A DNA stretch of 59,277 nt, filler included, from Sphacelaria rigidula (Eukaryota): assembly GCA_964200075.2 (NCBI GenBank). It is 7 parts of 7 records of this genome, joined end to end, with 100 filler letters (N's around TTAATTAATTAA, not from the genome) between each part and the next. Parts side by side here need not be neighbours in the genome. Positions count along the whole stretch, not along the records: positions 42,415 to 50,796 come from CAXNAA020011321.1; positions 50,897 to 59,277 come from CAXNAA020011322.1; 5 more parts are not named here. One strand, 5' to 3'. The translations under genes were made by a program, and so were the position numbers. Positions 47,661-59,277 of the stretch are shown in pieces (the first letter of the stretch is position 1; each line of letters begins with the position of its first letter). The notes under the pieces are model-generated. The model worked only from the letters and a program-made list of their open reading frames with translations. It had not been told where the DNA came from and did not search any database.

Positions 47661-50366
47661 GACGGCGAAGTATTCGGGCTTGAGCGGGGCGTAAAACAGA
47701 AACGCGATATAATTGAAAACCCCGCAACATATGAAGGTATTAGCACCCTGATGGCGTGGGGGTGAGACATGGGCGGTTTTATCCGATTCGCGTCACGCGG
47801 CAACTGTCACAAAGGAAGGGGCTAACGGAAGCTTCATTTTTGTCCGCCTTTCCAATTGCGCCGACAGAAGTCTGAGACCTGCAGTATAGGGAGTAGGTAT
47901 CCCGGAGCGGAAAGCCCTATATTTACGAAACCTCTTTCCCTCAGGTGCTTGGTAACCTTGCTTGGTTGACCTACCAAGTTTTGGCGATGGGCATGGTGTG
48001 CTATGCTATCCTTCTGTTCCGCGTTTCGACCCGAGAGCCTTCGTTGGGCTGTACCGTTACCGCTATCGTTCAAATGTTCAACTACATTACATTTGACGGT
48101 GATACCCTGCGTTGCACCGCAACATCCCTTACCCTGCCTTGCTGCGAAAAAGCACACACACTTCGAACACTCGTACAGAAATATAGCACACCATTAGTAA
48201 CGTTCATGGTGTGACGAATCCCTCCCCCCCTCCCCCCCCTTCCCCTGCTCTCAAGAGTGCGCAGTCGGCCGCGTTGGTTGCACAAGTACATGCACAACAG
48301 GTTTCAGCCCGTGTTGCAATAACACGACAGAGCAGGAACATTTCGCTACCTCGACGCCATGCTTCGCTTTCTGGTCTTGACAATAGCACCCCTTTGAGCA
48401 TGTCCTACTATCACGCATCGTCCTCTGTTTGCCATTTCTTTGCTTCCCTCTGCCTCTCTCTCGGCCTCTCGCTATGCCTTATGCTGTCACGCTCCGAGCC
48501 GTCTGCACTGCATGGTCGGCTGTCGACTGACAATCTATGGTCATTTTCTAGAATGTGATACGAACGGACAACACTCCATGAGGGGAGGAAGTCTGAGGTG
48601 CTGTATTGCATTATGAACCATCATGACGAAATGATCTGGTCGAAGAGAGAATTTTCCTCGATTTAAAATTGATACAAGAGCATCAATCTGCGCCGTTGAC
48701 TCGCATGAGGATCACTTGCGACCAGAGGAGAGGTCTTAGTTGTTCCATGTACATTGATATGTCACCATTATTGTTTAGTCGCCGGTCTGAATGTACAGTA
48801 TTTGTAGAAACTCCACAAAACATGAAAATATCACCACGCCATATTACCCGTGGATACAGGGTATAACACCCCTCGTGATGTTACTTTCATTGTGAATTTT
48901 CTTATGAAATAATGATATTTGCCGCCATTAACGCGCCCTAAAAAGGAATGTGATTGGTATTGAACCGTATATGAGCAAGATTTGGTGCCAATAATCCTGC
49001 ATGATTCGGAAAAATCGAGTCTGAAGAAACTAACGTTGAGAGGGTGTTATCCACCATAGCCCATAGTACGTCTTTTTGGCAGCGGGGCCTCAGTGCGTGC
49101 TCCGTAAGCAAGAGAGGATAAGGAGAGGGTGTACTGTAGGTGTACGTGGTACGTGCAGGACGCCGGCCGTAGCAGTCAGGTATGTGGTCATGATGTTTAC
49201 ATTGCGTACATATTACATTGCGATTGGTAGCCATGCAATTTGTGCAAAGCTCCTTCGTCGTGTGTGTCGCGTGGCGTGGTTCTCACGTTGGTGTTGGGAA
49301 AAGTGCTGGCGGCGGGGTTGATCACGGGGCGGGAGCTGGGTGCGTTGGAGTTTCTAGGTGCTTGTGATGATGCTTGTGGCTAGCGTCGAAGAGCTCTCGA
49401 CTATGTTTCCCTACGCAATCTATTCCACGATGCCGTTTTGGCATTGTCGTGATTGCCGAAGTACAACAGATGAAGAACTGGTGCCTGTGCTTTGTGCCCG
49501 GCGGTTTGATCGTGACTGTCGTGTCTGTCACGCCCAATATACACAGAGGCCACGGGGGGGGTTGAGGGCGCTGTGTGATTTGTCTTCCAGGTACGTTTGC
49601 GGCATGAAAGGCAGAGAGCTAAATAATCCGTGTACGTACGTTCCGCTGTGCGCTGTGACCAAAACTAACGATCGCCCTGTTTCCAGGAAGCCACCGGTGA
49701 ATGCACACAAGTCAGAACCCCAACTTCGTTTCGCACACACTACAGCCAGTAAGTAATCTCACCAGGGTGTGTTTCGTGCCGAGCCCAGCAAAACCCATCT
49801 TGGATGACCTGCGAAGGTGTTCGTATCCCTTCCTCCGGTTAGGATCTTCTATGGTCTAGTTTATCTGACGGACCGCAGCACAGCATTCCCAAGGAGCAGT
49901 TTGGTTGTCTGTTTTTTCCAGCAGTTATTCTTCGGCGTGTCTACATACCACTTTCGGGTGTTACTAGGTGCGCTTTCGCCTCCCCGAACATGCCCCTCGC
50001 GCTGTTCTGCTGGGCCTCAAAGGCCCCGAGAATGCTACCATACTCAGACCTGGATGTGGCCAACACCCCCAGAAGTTCCTTTCCACATGACGAAAGACGA
50101 GCTTCATGTGTGAAAGCAGAGGAGAGGCTCACGAAAAGTGCACATTTTGCTTGCGATCTAAATCCCTTGGTTTCACCACACGCACCTGTTTTTCGTCTCG
50201 CACCCAAGGTGGCTGCTGCAGCACTTCATGTTCCTGGGACCTACGAACAACAGTGCAGTGCGGTGACACTCAAGTGCATTTGAGATTTGATCTAGCTGTC
50301 AATGTTGTATCTCTCGCGCAAATTCGCGTGCACAAATTCTCGCTGCCCAAGCGACTCTGGATATAC

Positions 50367-50480
50367 AGAGCACACGTTATGCCATAGTGCCATACTACTC
50401 TGTTCGATACGATGCAGTGCCAAGAGCACACGTTATGCCATAGTGCCATACTACTCTGTTCGATACGATGCAGTGCCAAG
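50367..50480. repeat. Perfect 56-bp tandem duplication
   Basis: AGAGCACACGTTATGCCATAGTGCCATACTACTCTGTTCGATACGATGCAGTGCCA occurs twice. Confidence 0.9.
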
Positions 50481-53400
50481 GGGGGAAAGTGCACGTGCTG
50501 CCACACGCTTGGCTCTCCCTCCTCTGAGTAAACGATACACATGTGTACTTCTGAGCCGTGAACAGGCCAACCAGAGCAAGGGTGGTTGCTGCCCTCACAT
50601 CACCCAGATGGTGGGCACCGCGTTGTACTTGCCCTGTCTATGTTACAGGGCGCGATGTGCGATTGGGCATGTCGTTGGTCACCAGCGGGTTATCTGGCCT
50701 ACAGAACTATGACAGCAAAACACTATTACCACCACGATGTTGGCCTTAACCCGAGCAGCCCAAAACCGAGGAGTTTTGGCATATCTGTTGTTCTAGNNNN
50801 NNNNNNNNNNNNNNNNNNNNNNNNNNNNNNNNNNNNNNNNTTAATTAATTAANNNNNNNNNNNNNNNNNNNNNNNNNNNNNNNNNNNNNNNNNNNNATTT
50901 GATGAGCGTAATTATTCCTTGAAGGGTCGCAACCGCGAAGAACCCATGCTTTCCGTCGCTCAGCGGGTTGGAATGGAACCCCAAGTGACAGCGACTCAGG
51001 GTGGTGCGCCAAGACCGTGACCTAGGTTCGACTGTCCAAGAATTCATTTCAATAGCTCCTGGAGCCGCCGACCTTTCGTGCGCTACACGCGTCACCATAG
51101 GCGGGCTCCTCCAGATGATCATGTAGATAACCCTGATGTAGCAAGCGCACGTGAACTCGAAGGAGGAGATTGCGTGTGGGCTCAGACAGATGAAAACCTG
51201 AGAGTGGAACAGGCCGGCACTCCCCAGATTTCAAACATATCGTCACTGCTCCCTGACCACCCCTCGTGCACTGCGTCAGAACCCATTTCCGGCGAAGTGT
51301 CGCCGTCTGTAGGGACAGAGACTTCGCTGACTCATGGACGTTCGCATCCTAGTCATGAAGGCACCTCGATCGTGTGTTCGTCACCAGGCAGACAAAGTGT
51401 TACGCAAGACGACTCGTCTCCTAACTCGCTCACGTTGGCCCCTTTGCTTGACGCCGGGTTGAACAGTACAGCTTTACCAACCTCGCGTCCTGACGAATCG
51501 TCTCCGAAACCTCTTACGTTGGCCCTAACTAGTGATGATATTGAGATGATTGGCGTATCAAACTCAACACCGCGCCCCGATGGATCGTCCCCTGTTCCGA
51601 CCAAGCTGGATAATGTGATTGATCCCGCTTTGCACGATAACGATTCGTCCCCTCTGTTGGCCAATAAGGGTGAAACACCACGCACAGATCAGTTGTCGGG
51701 TCCAACGACGACAACTGCCCTTCCCCGGTATTGTCCCTCCGTTGCAGAATATGAGATTCAACCCTCGACTTATGAGACAAATATTCCAGGCACAAACACT
51801 GACACTCCATGCACGCACCATTCTTCCGACCAAAAACTTGTCTCACAGGATCATCAACGGGTGTAGTTTAGCACCTTCGTTCAAAACGCAAAGCAGGATG
51901 TGTCAGATGTCTTGCCCAAAGTCGGGGCCGATCTCGTCAGTGGTACTGCAACTATGGATGATGCTTCTTTTACGACCAAGATAGGTTTACATAGTGGAGC
52001 GCGTGCAAACTGTTATCTGATAGCTCTTGCACCACCAGACTCTGGTTCACCTCAAACGTTCATTACAGCCAGCTGCTGGCAACAGATGATCAACGCGGGT
52101 GCGGCGGACGAGCATTGTCTGTCCACCGTGCGCCCTCGTGTTTTTGGTGGCTTTGGTTCCTCCACATCTCTTACGGTCAATCGATCGGTGAGACTAAGTG
52201 TACAATTCTACCAGGATACTACTCCCACTGCTCGGGTGTCCGTATGGGCACTAATAGTGTCCGACGGTTCCATGTCTTTTGACGTTTTGTTGGGTCGAGA
52301 TAGTTGGCTTTGTTTTTCCACAAACACATACACGACGGACACACCTGTCCCGAACCATCCAGTCACGGGCAAATTGTCACTGGGTCACTTCGACACCGAT
52401 TCGGGAGCTCGTGCTTATGAGGATGACCCCACGCAAACATGTAATGCTTTCCGCCTGCACTATGTTGGTGAACCTGTAGTCTCGCTTTCTCGTGAACCCC
52501 AACTTATCCAAGTGAACCTCGTGAGACGCAATGGATCGCCCGCCCTCACAGGACATTATTTGTTCGAATTGCTCAAACCTGACCAAGCACGGGTTGGTCC
52601 GTTTGAATAGACCGAAGTCTTTGTCCACGACGGTAGGCGGGCCATTTACCTCACGTCCCCTGCATGTTTCGATATACTCAACGGTCAGTTGTTGGGTTAT
52701 GCTCAAGCGCCTCTCATACGAACCGCCCTGTCAGATGTGTGCCCCCCGGCGAACAACAACTCGCAGACTGACCCCCCGATATCCACGGGCCCCCCTTCGC
52801 TACACATGCCTGACCCCATGGTGGTGACAAATCCACCGGATGCGCCTGATCCTCTGCCCCCAGCTGCATTACTGGATATATTTTCTCCAGAACAACACGC
52901 CAGTTTTCAAACGTTGTAGGGTGACATTCCCCCTCACTTATGGCATATTATTTTTGATCTATCTGGCGATGGTTGGACACCCACTGTAATCGATAGATTG
53001 ATATCCATCTTGATTAGATATTCTGAACGGTTTGCTACTGCACCCTTGGATTTTGGTCGATGTACCACGACACCGTCGAGGATCAACATTCCTGATGGCA
53101 CTCCGCCTAAGGCTTTGCGTCCGTACCGTATGAGCCCCGTCTTAGCGGATAAGATGCAGGTAATTTTCGATGGTTACTTATCCGCCGGTTTAATTCGGCA
53201 CTCAACGTCTCCGTGGGCCTCGCCTTTAATAGTCGTCCGTAAGAAGAATGGCAAAATCAGACTGACGGTCAATTATCAACGATTGAACGCTGTCACCAAA
53301 ATCGCCCGGCTGCCACTCCAACGGAATGATGAAATTATTGACTCTCTTGGCGGGGGTAAAGTATTTTCGAACTTTGACATGCAGTCCGGCTACCACCAGC

Positions 53401-55739
53401 TCGTGATAGATCCAAATTCTATTGAACTGACAGCGTTTTGCACGCCATCAGGTTTATACGAGTGGCTGGTTACACCACAAGGTGCCGTCGGAGCTCCCAG
53501 GTGCGTTTCAACGTGTAATGTTCCGCGTAACTGATGGATTGCCCAAATGCCATATGTACCTTGATGATGCGGTGTGCCACGACTCCACACCGGCTGAACA
53601 TGTCGAACAGTTGGCATCATTCTTTGATCGATTTGAAGAACACAACTTGAAACCCGCCCCCTCCAAATCCCGCTTTGGCGCTACGAAGATTGAGTTCTTG
53701 GGTCATTGCATCACCCCCAAAGGTCGTAGCCCAAACCTCGACAAGGTCGCCGCACTCTCGGATATGCCCATGCCACGGGACATTTCTCAACTGCGTTCCT
53801 TGTTGGGAAATCTAAGCTACTACAGACAGTAATTGCCAAATCTTGCCCAAACGCTAAAATCCCTCACCACCCTCCTAAAAAAAGGGGTGAAGTTTGTGTT
53901 TACATTGGAAATAGAAAAAACCCTCCGCCGCCTTCTTGACACCCTTTCGCGCCCGCCGATTCTCGTCCTCCCCGACTGGTCGGCCGCGGAGCAGGGCTCC
54001 CGCCCGTTCCGGCTCCACACAGATTCTTCAAAAATTGGGTTTAGCTGCACATTAGAACAGGAGCAATTCGATGCCACTGTTCGTCCCATTGTCTATCTGA
54101 GTCGCACCACTTTTCCGAATGAACAGAATTGGTCTGTCATGGAACAAGAGGCCGGCGCCGTTGTTTGGGGCGTGCGACGTCTGCGTCAGTATTTGCATGA
54201 CATCCCGTTCGTGATTTATACCGATCATAAGTCTTTAGAAAGCCTTGCCAAAATGGCGGAACACAGCGCTAGGGTCCAAAGCTGGTTCGAAATCCGGTCG
54301 TTTTACAACTTTCAACTGAAGTACCGCACAGGTCCCCAGAATGCAAACGCCGACTTTCTGTCACGCTTGCCCACACCAGCTCAACCTATCTATGAATCCC
54401 CCATGGGACGTATCACCGATCCCACCGAAGACATTGTATATTTCATAAGCAGGAATGGACATAGAGGTCTCTACACACCACTTTAACTGAGAGAAACGCC
54501 GGCTTTAGGCATGGGTGGGCTGACGACCACAGCCCACGCATCAGTTCTAGGTAGCTTGCAACCTCAATTGTTGTACTCAGTTTGGAATGGACTGTCTACG
54601 AATACTGTTGGCTATGATTATTTTTGTGCAACTGGCCAGCGCATGGTTTCCGCAGCAGGTGTAGAACCGTCCTTTGCTGACTCCGTCTTACCAGTTCAGA
54701 TTCGAGATTTGATTTCGAGTAGGACTCGTGGACGGCGAACCGCCGAAACGGCCACCAAATTAGCCGTTTCTGGTCCTGACCCACCCCTCCCTGCCGCCAC
54801 CCCGGTCCCCGATAGCATCCTTGCGCCCCCGCAGCCTCCGCGACGCCAGGCCCTAAGAAAATTGACCCCGACCGTGTCGTCTCTGCCATCCATAGCTACG
54901 GCTGTGCCCCCCTCCCTTGGTGATGATATTGCAAACACCACCACAACACCCTCCACGCTAATCGACGCAGGAGTAGACGTTAACGTTCCGTCTGAGAGTA
55001 CACCGACTGGTAGGCTCACTCTTGATTCCGAAATCACCGCTTCGTGCCAACCCCACCCCGAACCGACCCAACACGAAGTAGACGCTTCAACAGATGGTAT
55101 ATTCAAGGAACGTTTGACTCTCTTCTCCCACGCCGATTGGGCCCGGGAACAACAGGCAGAACCTGCTTGTGAATCAGCTATCCATTATCTATCTAAAGGT
55201 TGCCCATGTCCATTCTCAGAAACCGAATTCCTTTTGCCAGTCGGGAATCTCAAAGCACCCACACAGGATGAAGTTACTGAACGTTTAAGGGAAGGTATGC
55301 TACGTACGGATGATGATGGTATGGTTCTGTTAGTTCGCCGGCCCACAGCAGCCCTCCCCAGGGGGAAACCCGTCTCGAAAGGGATGCGTGGTCAATGGTC
55401 AAACGACTAAGGCAAGCAAGACATGAGAACGCCCCCCCCCCAGGGGGAAGCATACAAGTCGACATGCCCGCTTGCTAGATGATGAACCCATCCGCATCTA
55501 TGTCCCGATGCTCCTGCGCCCATGGGTTTCACACGAATGTCATTCACAGGCATCGACTCATTTAGGCGCCATTAGGACCTCCCATATGTTGGAACGTTTT
55601 TATTGGTGAATTTGTATGGATCAGTGTTGTCGTTGGTGGGTACGGCGTTGTCTTTTGTGTCAGGCGCGAAAAACTTCTCGCCAAACAGTTCGTTGGCCGA
55701 TTGTTCTCATGCCACTCCAAAAAGGGCCTGGTGAAGTCA

Positions 55740-55985
55740 CACTTTCTACGATAGCCCCCCCAAAAAACGTGCATGGGTTTGGGAGGCAAAATAATCACGT
55801 AAATTGAAATGGGAAACACCGAGCCCAACGAGCAGCTGTAAATTCCCACGCTTGGGTTCGTTCTCGCCAATGCTGCCAGTATGAGGCGCCTCATTCAGCC
55901 TGAACCCAAGCATCAGGCGCTGTATGGTCATTTGTTTCGTGACACGTTTGGGCTGGTTCTGGGGGGGGGGCTATCGTATAAAGTG
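55740..55985. mobile_element. 246-bp CACT-ended MITE with 3-bp TSD, inserted in the Gypsy integrase
   Basis: TCA|CACTTTCTACGATAGCCCCC ... GGGGGCTATCGTATAAAGTG|TCA; it interrupts GPG...VSWDY. Confidence 0.85.
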
Positions 55986-58710
55986 TCAGGTAGTTTCGTG
56001 GGACTATTTTTGTTCTTTGCCCCTGACGGATAGTGAAAATAAGTATACTTTGTTGTTTTCGGATAGATTTAGTCGACATGCGGTGATGCACGCCGTCCCC
56101 CCCAGTAGTTATACCGCGGAAGGTACCGCCAACATTCTTGTCTACATGTATACCCTAAGGTGGGGTGTGCCCAAACGCTTATTGTCTGACAACTGCCCTT
56201 ATTTTTCAGGCAAACTTTCAGCCACCGTCAGTGACCGTTTGGATGCCCATTGCATATTTACCCGTTCATATCACCCTTCCAGCAATGGTGGGACGGAACG
56301 AGTGAACCATACGATGGCACAGATGCTTGCTGCTGTAGCAAATGAGAGACAGATGGACTGGGACCTGCACCTGCCCCTTGTCCGGATGAACTACAACAAT
56401 TCAGTCAATGCCGCTACGGGATTGTCGCCGAATGAAATTCATATTGGACGCATGCCTAGGTTACCTTTAACGGTTTTCGAACGCAAAAATACAGGCAGAC
56501 ATCAGAGCCTAGATCGTGATGTTGTAGAGTATCATTTGTCGGTTAGCAATCGCCTTCGTCTTGCATATGAAGTGGTACGAGAACAGAACCAAATCGATTT
56601 GGCCAAGGTGGTCAGGGTGAACTCGATGTTGGATGATGTTGTACATAACCGCCCGGTGTGGAAGGTAGGCCAATGGGCATGGGTGTATAACGATGTGAAG
56701 ACCTTCGATCAAGGGGCTAGCTCGAAATCATCGTCTTTGGACAAAGTGTTGAAGGCGAAACTATCCCTGAATTGGACTGGTTTTTGGGAAATTTTAGCTG
56801 TTGGTCCAAGCGCCACCGCACCCGACAAGAGTCCGGTGGGAGCGAAACTTTTGTATTTAGATTTTCCCACGGATGAACCTGGTTTGAAACCGAAGAATCG
56901 TGTCTCGAAGCTCCGATGCAAACAGTGAATCCCCCCTCATGACTCCTCCGACATGCCCAAACAACTGCCGCTAGGGCTTAAGCCAGTATGTGTCCACCAA
57001 GTATTCGATCAAAACTCCGCCGTATCATATGACGGTCGAGGATGCGGACGCACCCATGGAACGCGTTGAGGTAGATAGGATTTCGAGCCATCAACTGGTT
57101 CGCGGACGTGGAGGTAAGATAGCGGTAATGTATCAAACACATTGGCAGGGTATCATGCGTGTTACATGGGAGCGTGAAGTTGATTTGCGTCATTTTCGTC
57201 CGGAAATGTTGCTGTACTGGGTGGGAGATGCCGTCCAACACCGCCCGTTGAATAAGAGATATCGGTCGATGCGCAAGGGAGCTGCGGCGCGGGAACTGGC
57301 ACGTGAACATACAGCGCGGTTTGTTGTGCCAGGCTATAGCCTTCTTCACGTTCACAATACATCCAGTGTTTTCACGGAAAACGATTGCCGAAAGGGGCGT
57401 ATTGATTGCCGAAAGGCCTTGGATTTACTGTGGTGGCTGGGTAAAATTCATTTGGTCGATCCTGCGTCTGATCACTCCTACTTTATCCGTTACCTCGATG
57501 ACCCAAGCCCCCTTAAGATTCGCTCGGATGATGCTTACTACACCGAGGAGCCGACCGCTCGGAGGGGATCCTGGTGCTTCCGACGACACGACCAAGGCGA
57601 GCTCGAAAGAGCCGTTCTACGGAACACGGACACCGCTTGGGATGCAGATGACTCATGATGCCGCATCCGAATCTGCTTCCCCCTTCACCTTGCGTAGTGT
57701 ACCGCGTTCGAGTTGCTTGTCTTGCACCGTAGCGTCGTTGGAAAACCATGTGTTCCCCCCCCCCCTCCCGCCCTTCGTTTTGTTTCGTACTAATTCGCCC
57801 CGTACTTGTAGTGTTTGATTGTTTTGTATTTGGTTTTCCGTCTTGCGGTTTTGTATTTTGTATTTTTTTGTGTTGTGTTTTGTTTTGTGTTGCTTTGGAT
57901 CCTGATTTTGTGTTTCGGTTTTCTTGCCTTTGCGTCATTTGTTTTGATTCGTTTTTGTCTTTGTTTTTTTTGTTTTTCTTCTCTTATTCCCTTCTCTTTT
58001 CGCCTCGTGCGTTGTGTTCGATTTTGTGTTCAAAGGGTAATTCTCTTGGTTAATTCTGGGTTCATCTGGAAAAGTACAAGTGACAACCGTTCCATTCCTG
58101 ACCCCGAGTCTGGAACCTTGAACCTCCGTCCTCCGCGCCACAAGTTACTTATTTCTTCATTGTTTTTTCCTTGTACGCACCTTTTGTCTCCTTTTGTGTA
58201 ATGTGTTGTTATTTTTTTTATTTTCGTATTTTCGGTTGAGAGGTTTAGGAGCCAGCGCTGGATATACCTGACCTCCCCGTCTGGAATAATTGCGCTCCTG
58301 CCCAACCGCTCCGTACACACATACCGCCTCCCCCTTCAGGATCGATAATGACGTGTCCCCTTTTTGTGTGCGCACCACGCTGAGTTTTGTATTAACATAG
58401 GCGATAGCATCCGAAGCCGAATGCCTGAAATGTTTTGACCCTGCTTGCTCCATACACACGATAGCCGATCCTGTTTACAAGGACGGTTGCCACGTGTTGT
58501 TTTTCTGCTGGATATTTCGTTTCCGCTGTTGCCCAGCGTGCCCCTGGTTTTGTATTTGTTTTGGTTTTGGTTTCTGCGTCTATGTCGGGAATCTCGCCAT
58601 GAGTGATCCAACGTTCCTGAGTTCCTGACCCTGGAGTCTAGAACACTTGGCCTATTTTGTTTGCGAATCCTGCCGCGTGTGACCAACCTCGTTTAAAGGA
58701 GGGTCACGGG

Positions 58711-59042
58711 TGATGCGACGCGATGGTTTATAATTGGTGATTGGTAATTTACAACGACGTCACCACTGACCACGTCGTACGTAGGAGTGTTACTTACGTC
58801 ATGAAGTCGCGGTATAATTGGTTGCAAACGTCTCCTCATACAGGACCATTACGTATCATGATAAGGTAGATTGCTCTTTCGGAACTGTCCGTTCCGCCAT
58901 GTCGATATTCGACCGTTGGTACAGCCTACAGGCTCAGAGTCCGCCACTCGCTAGTTGTTTTCTGTCACTTTTACCATTTTTTTGCGTACAATTACCCGCC
59001 CCTGAAATCGGTCGGTGGTGTTTTGTTCTTGAGGAAACGTCA
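58711..59042 (+). repeat. Putative 3' LTR of the Gypsy element
   Basis: Follows the purine-rich AAAGGAGGGTCACGGG; begins TGATG and ends CGTCA. No 5' LTR is available to confirm it. Confidence 0.55.
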
Positions 59043-59277
59043 TAGTAGGGTATACCATGGTGTATTAGCGACAAACCTGCGTACCCTCTTTGTTTGGAGG
59101 AGAAATGAGCGCAGCTGATTGGCCAACGACCATTTTCACCCGGCGGCGGCGGTAGATGGCCACGGTGTACCCTGCTGTGACTACTTTTCTCCCAATTGCA
59201 CCCTTGTTTTTGGAAATTGTACCCACATGTGACGGGAAATCAGTCTCTTTCCATCGGCCATCTTCGACGCAACAATC

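Larger units (their letters stand above)
50897..59042 (+). mobile_element. Defective Ty3/Gypsy (chromodomain-bearing) LTR retrotransposon, 5' end cut by the contig edge
   Basis: Protease (DSGS..LLGRD), RT (SPWASP, YLDD), RNase H (TDSS, TDHKSL, NANADFLSR), integrase (HHCC, D..D..E) and a chromo-like domain. Carries stops, frameshifts and a MITE insertion. Confidence 0.93.

Noticed and set aside
1..59277. Functional clustering of RPL39, UPF3, USP-like and MBL genes
   Set aside because: Except MBL and USP-like, they are on separate, arbitrarily concatenated contigs.

Overview
Eukaryotic, repeat-rich DNA. It is most likely from a brown alga (Ectocarpus-like; inferred from the LRR/ROCO-type N-cap exon, intron style and repeat content). 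The window is not one locus. It is seven unlinked contigs of 8384, 8383, 8383, 8382, 8382, 8382 and 8381 bp, sorted by length and joined by 100-bp N/TTAATTAATTAA linkers. Host genes seen: a three-exon RPL39, three exons of a ferredoxin/metallo-beta-lactamase-type gene (with a required GC-AG intron), three exons of UPF3, an orphan LRR N-cap exon, and a peptidase C19 (USP)-like His-box ORF. The rest is mostly decayed transposons: two Copia elements (one lacking integrase, one with a clean internal inversion), a chromodomain-bearing Ty3/Gypsy, RTE LINE pieces, and several TIR elements/MITEs (TTAA piggyBac-like, TA Stowaway/mariner-like, CACT-type). There is also a 44-bp hairpin tandem array, a 73-bp tandem array, a 240-bp near-perfect hairpin and tRNA-like cassettes. 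I found no convincing novel multi-gene system. The best leads are a candidate C/D snoRNA in RPL39 intron 1 complementary to the LSU rRNA 5' end, the hairpin array, the tRNA-like Pol III cassettes and the USP-like ORF.
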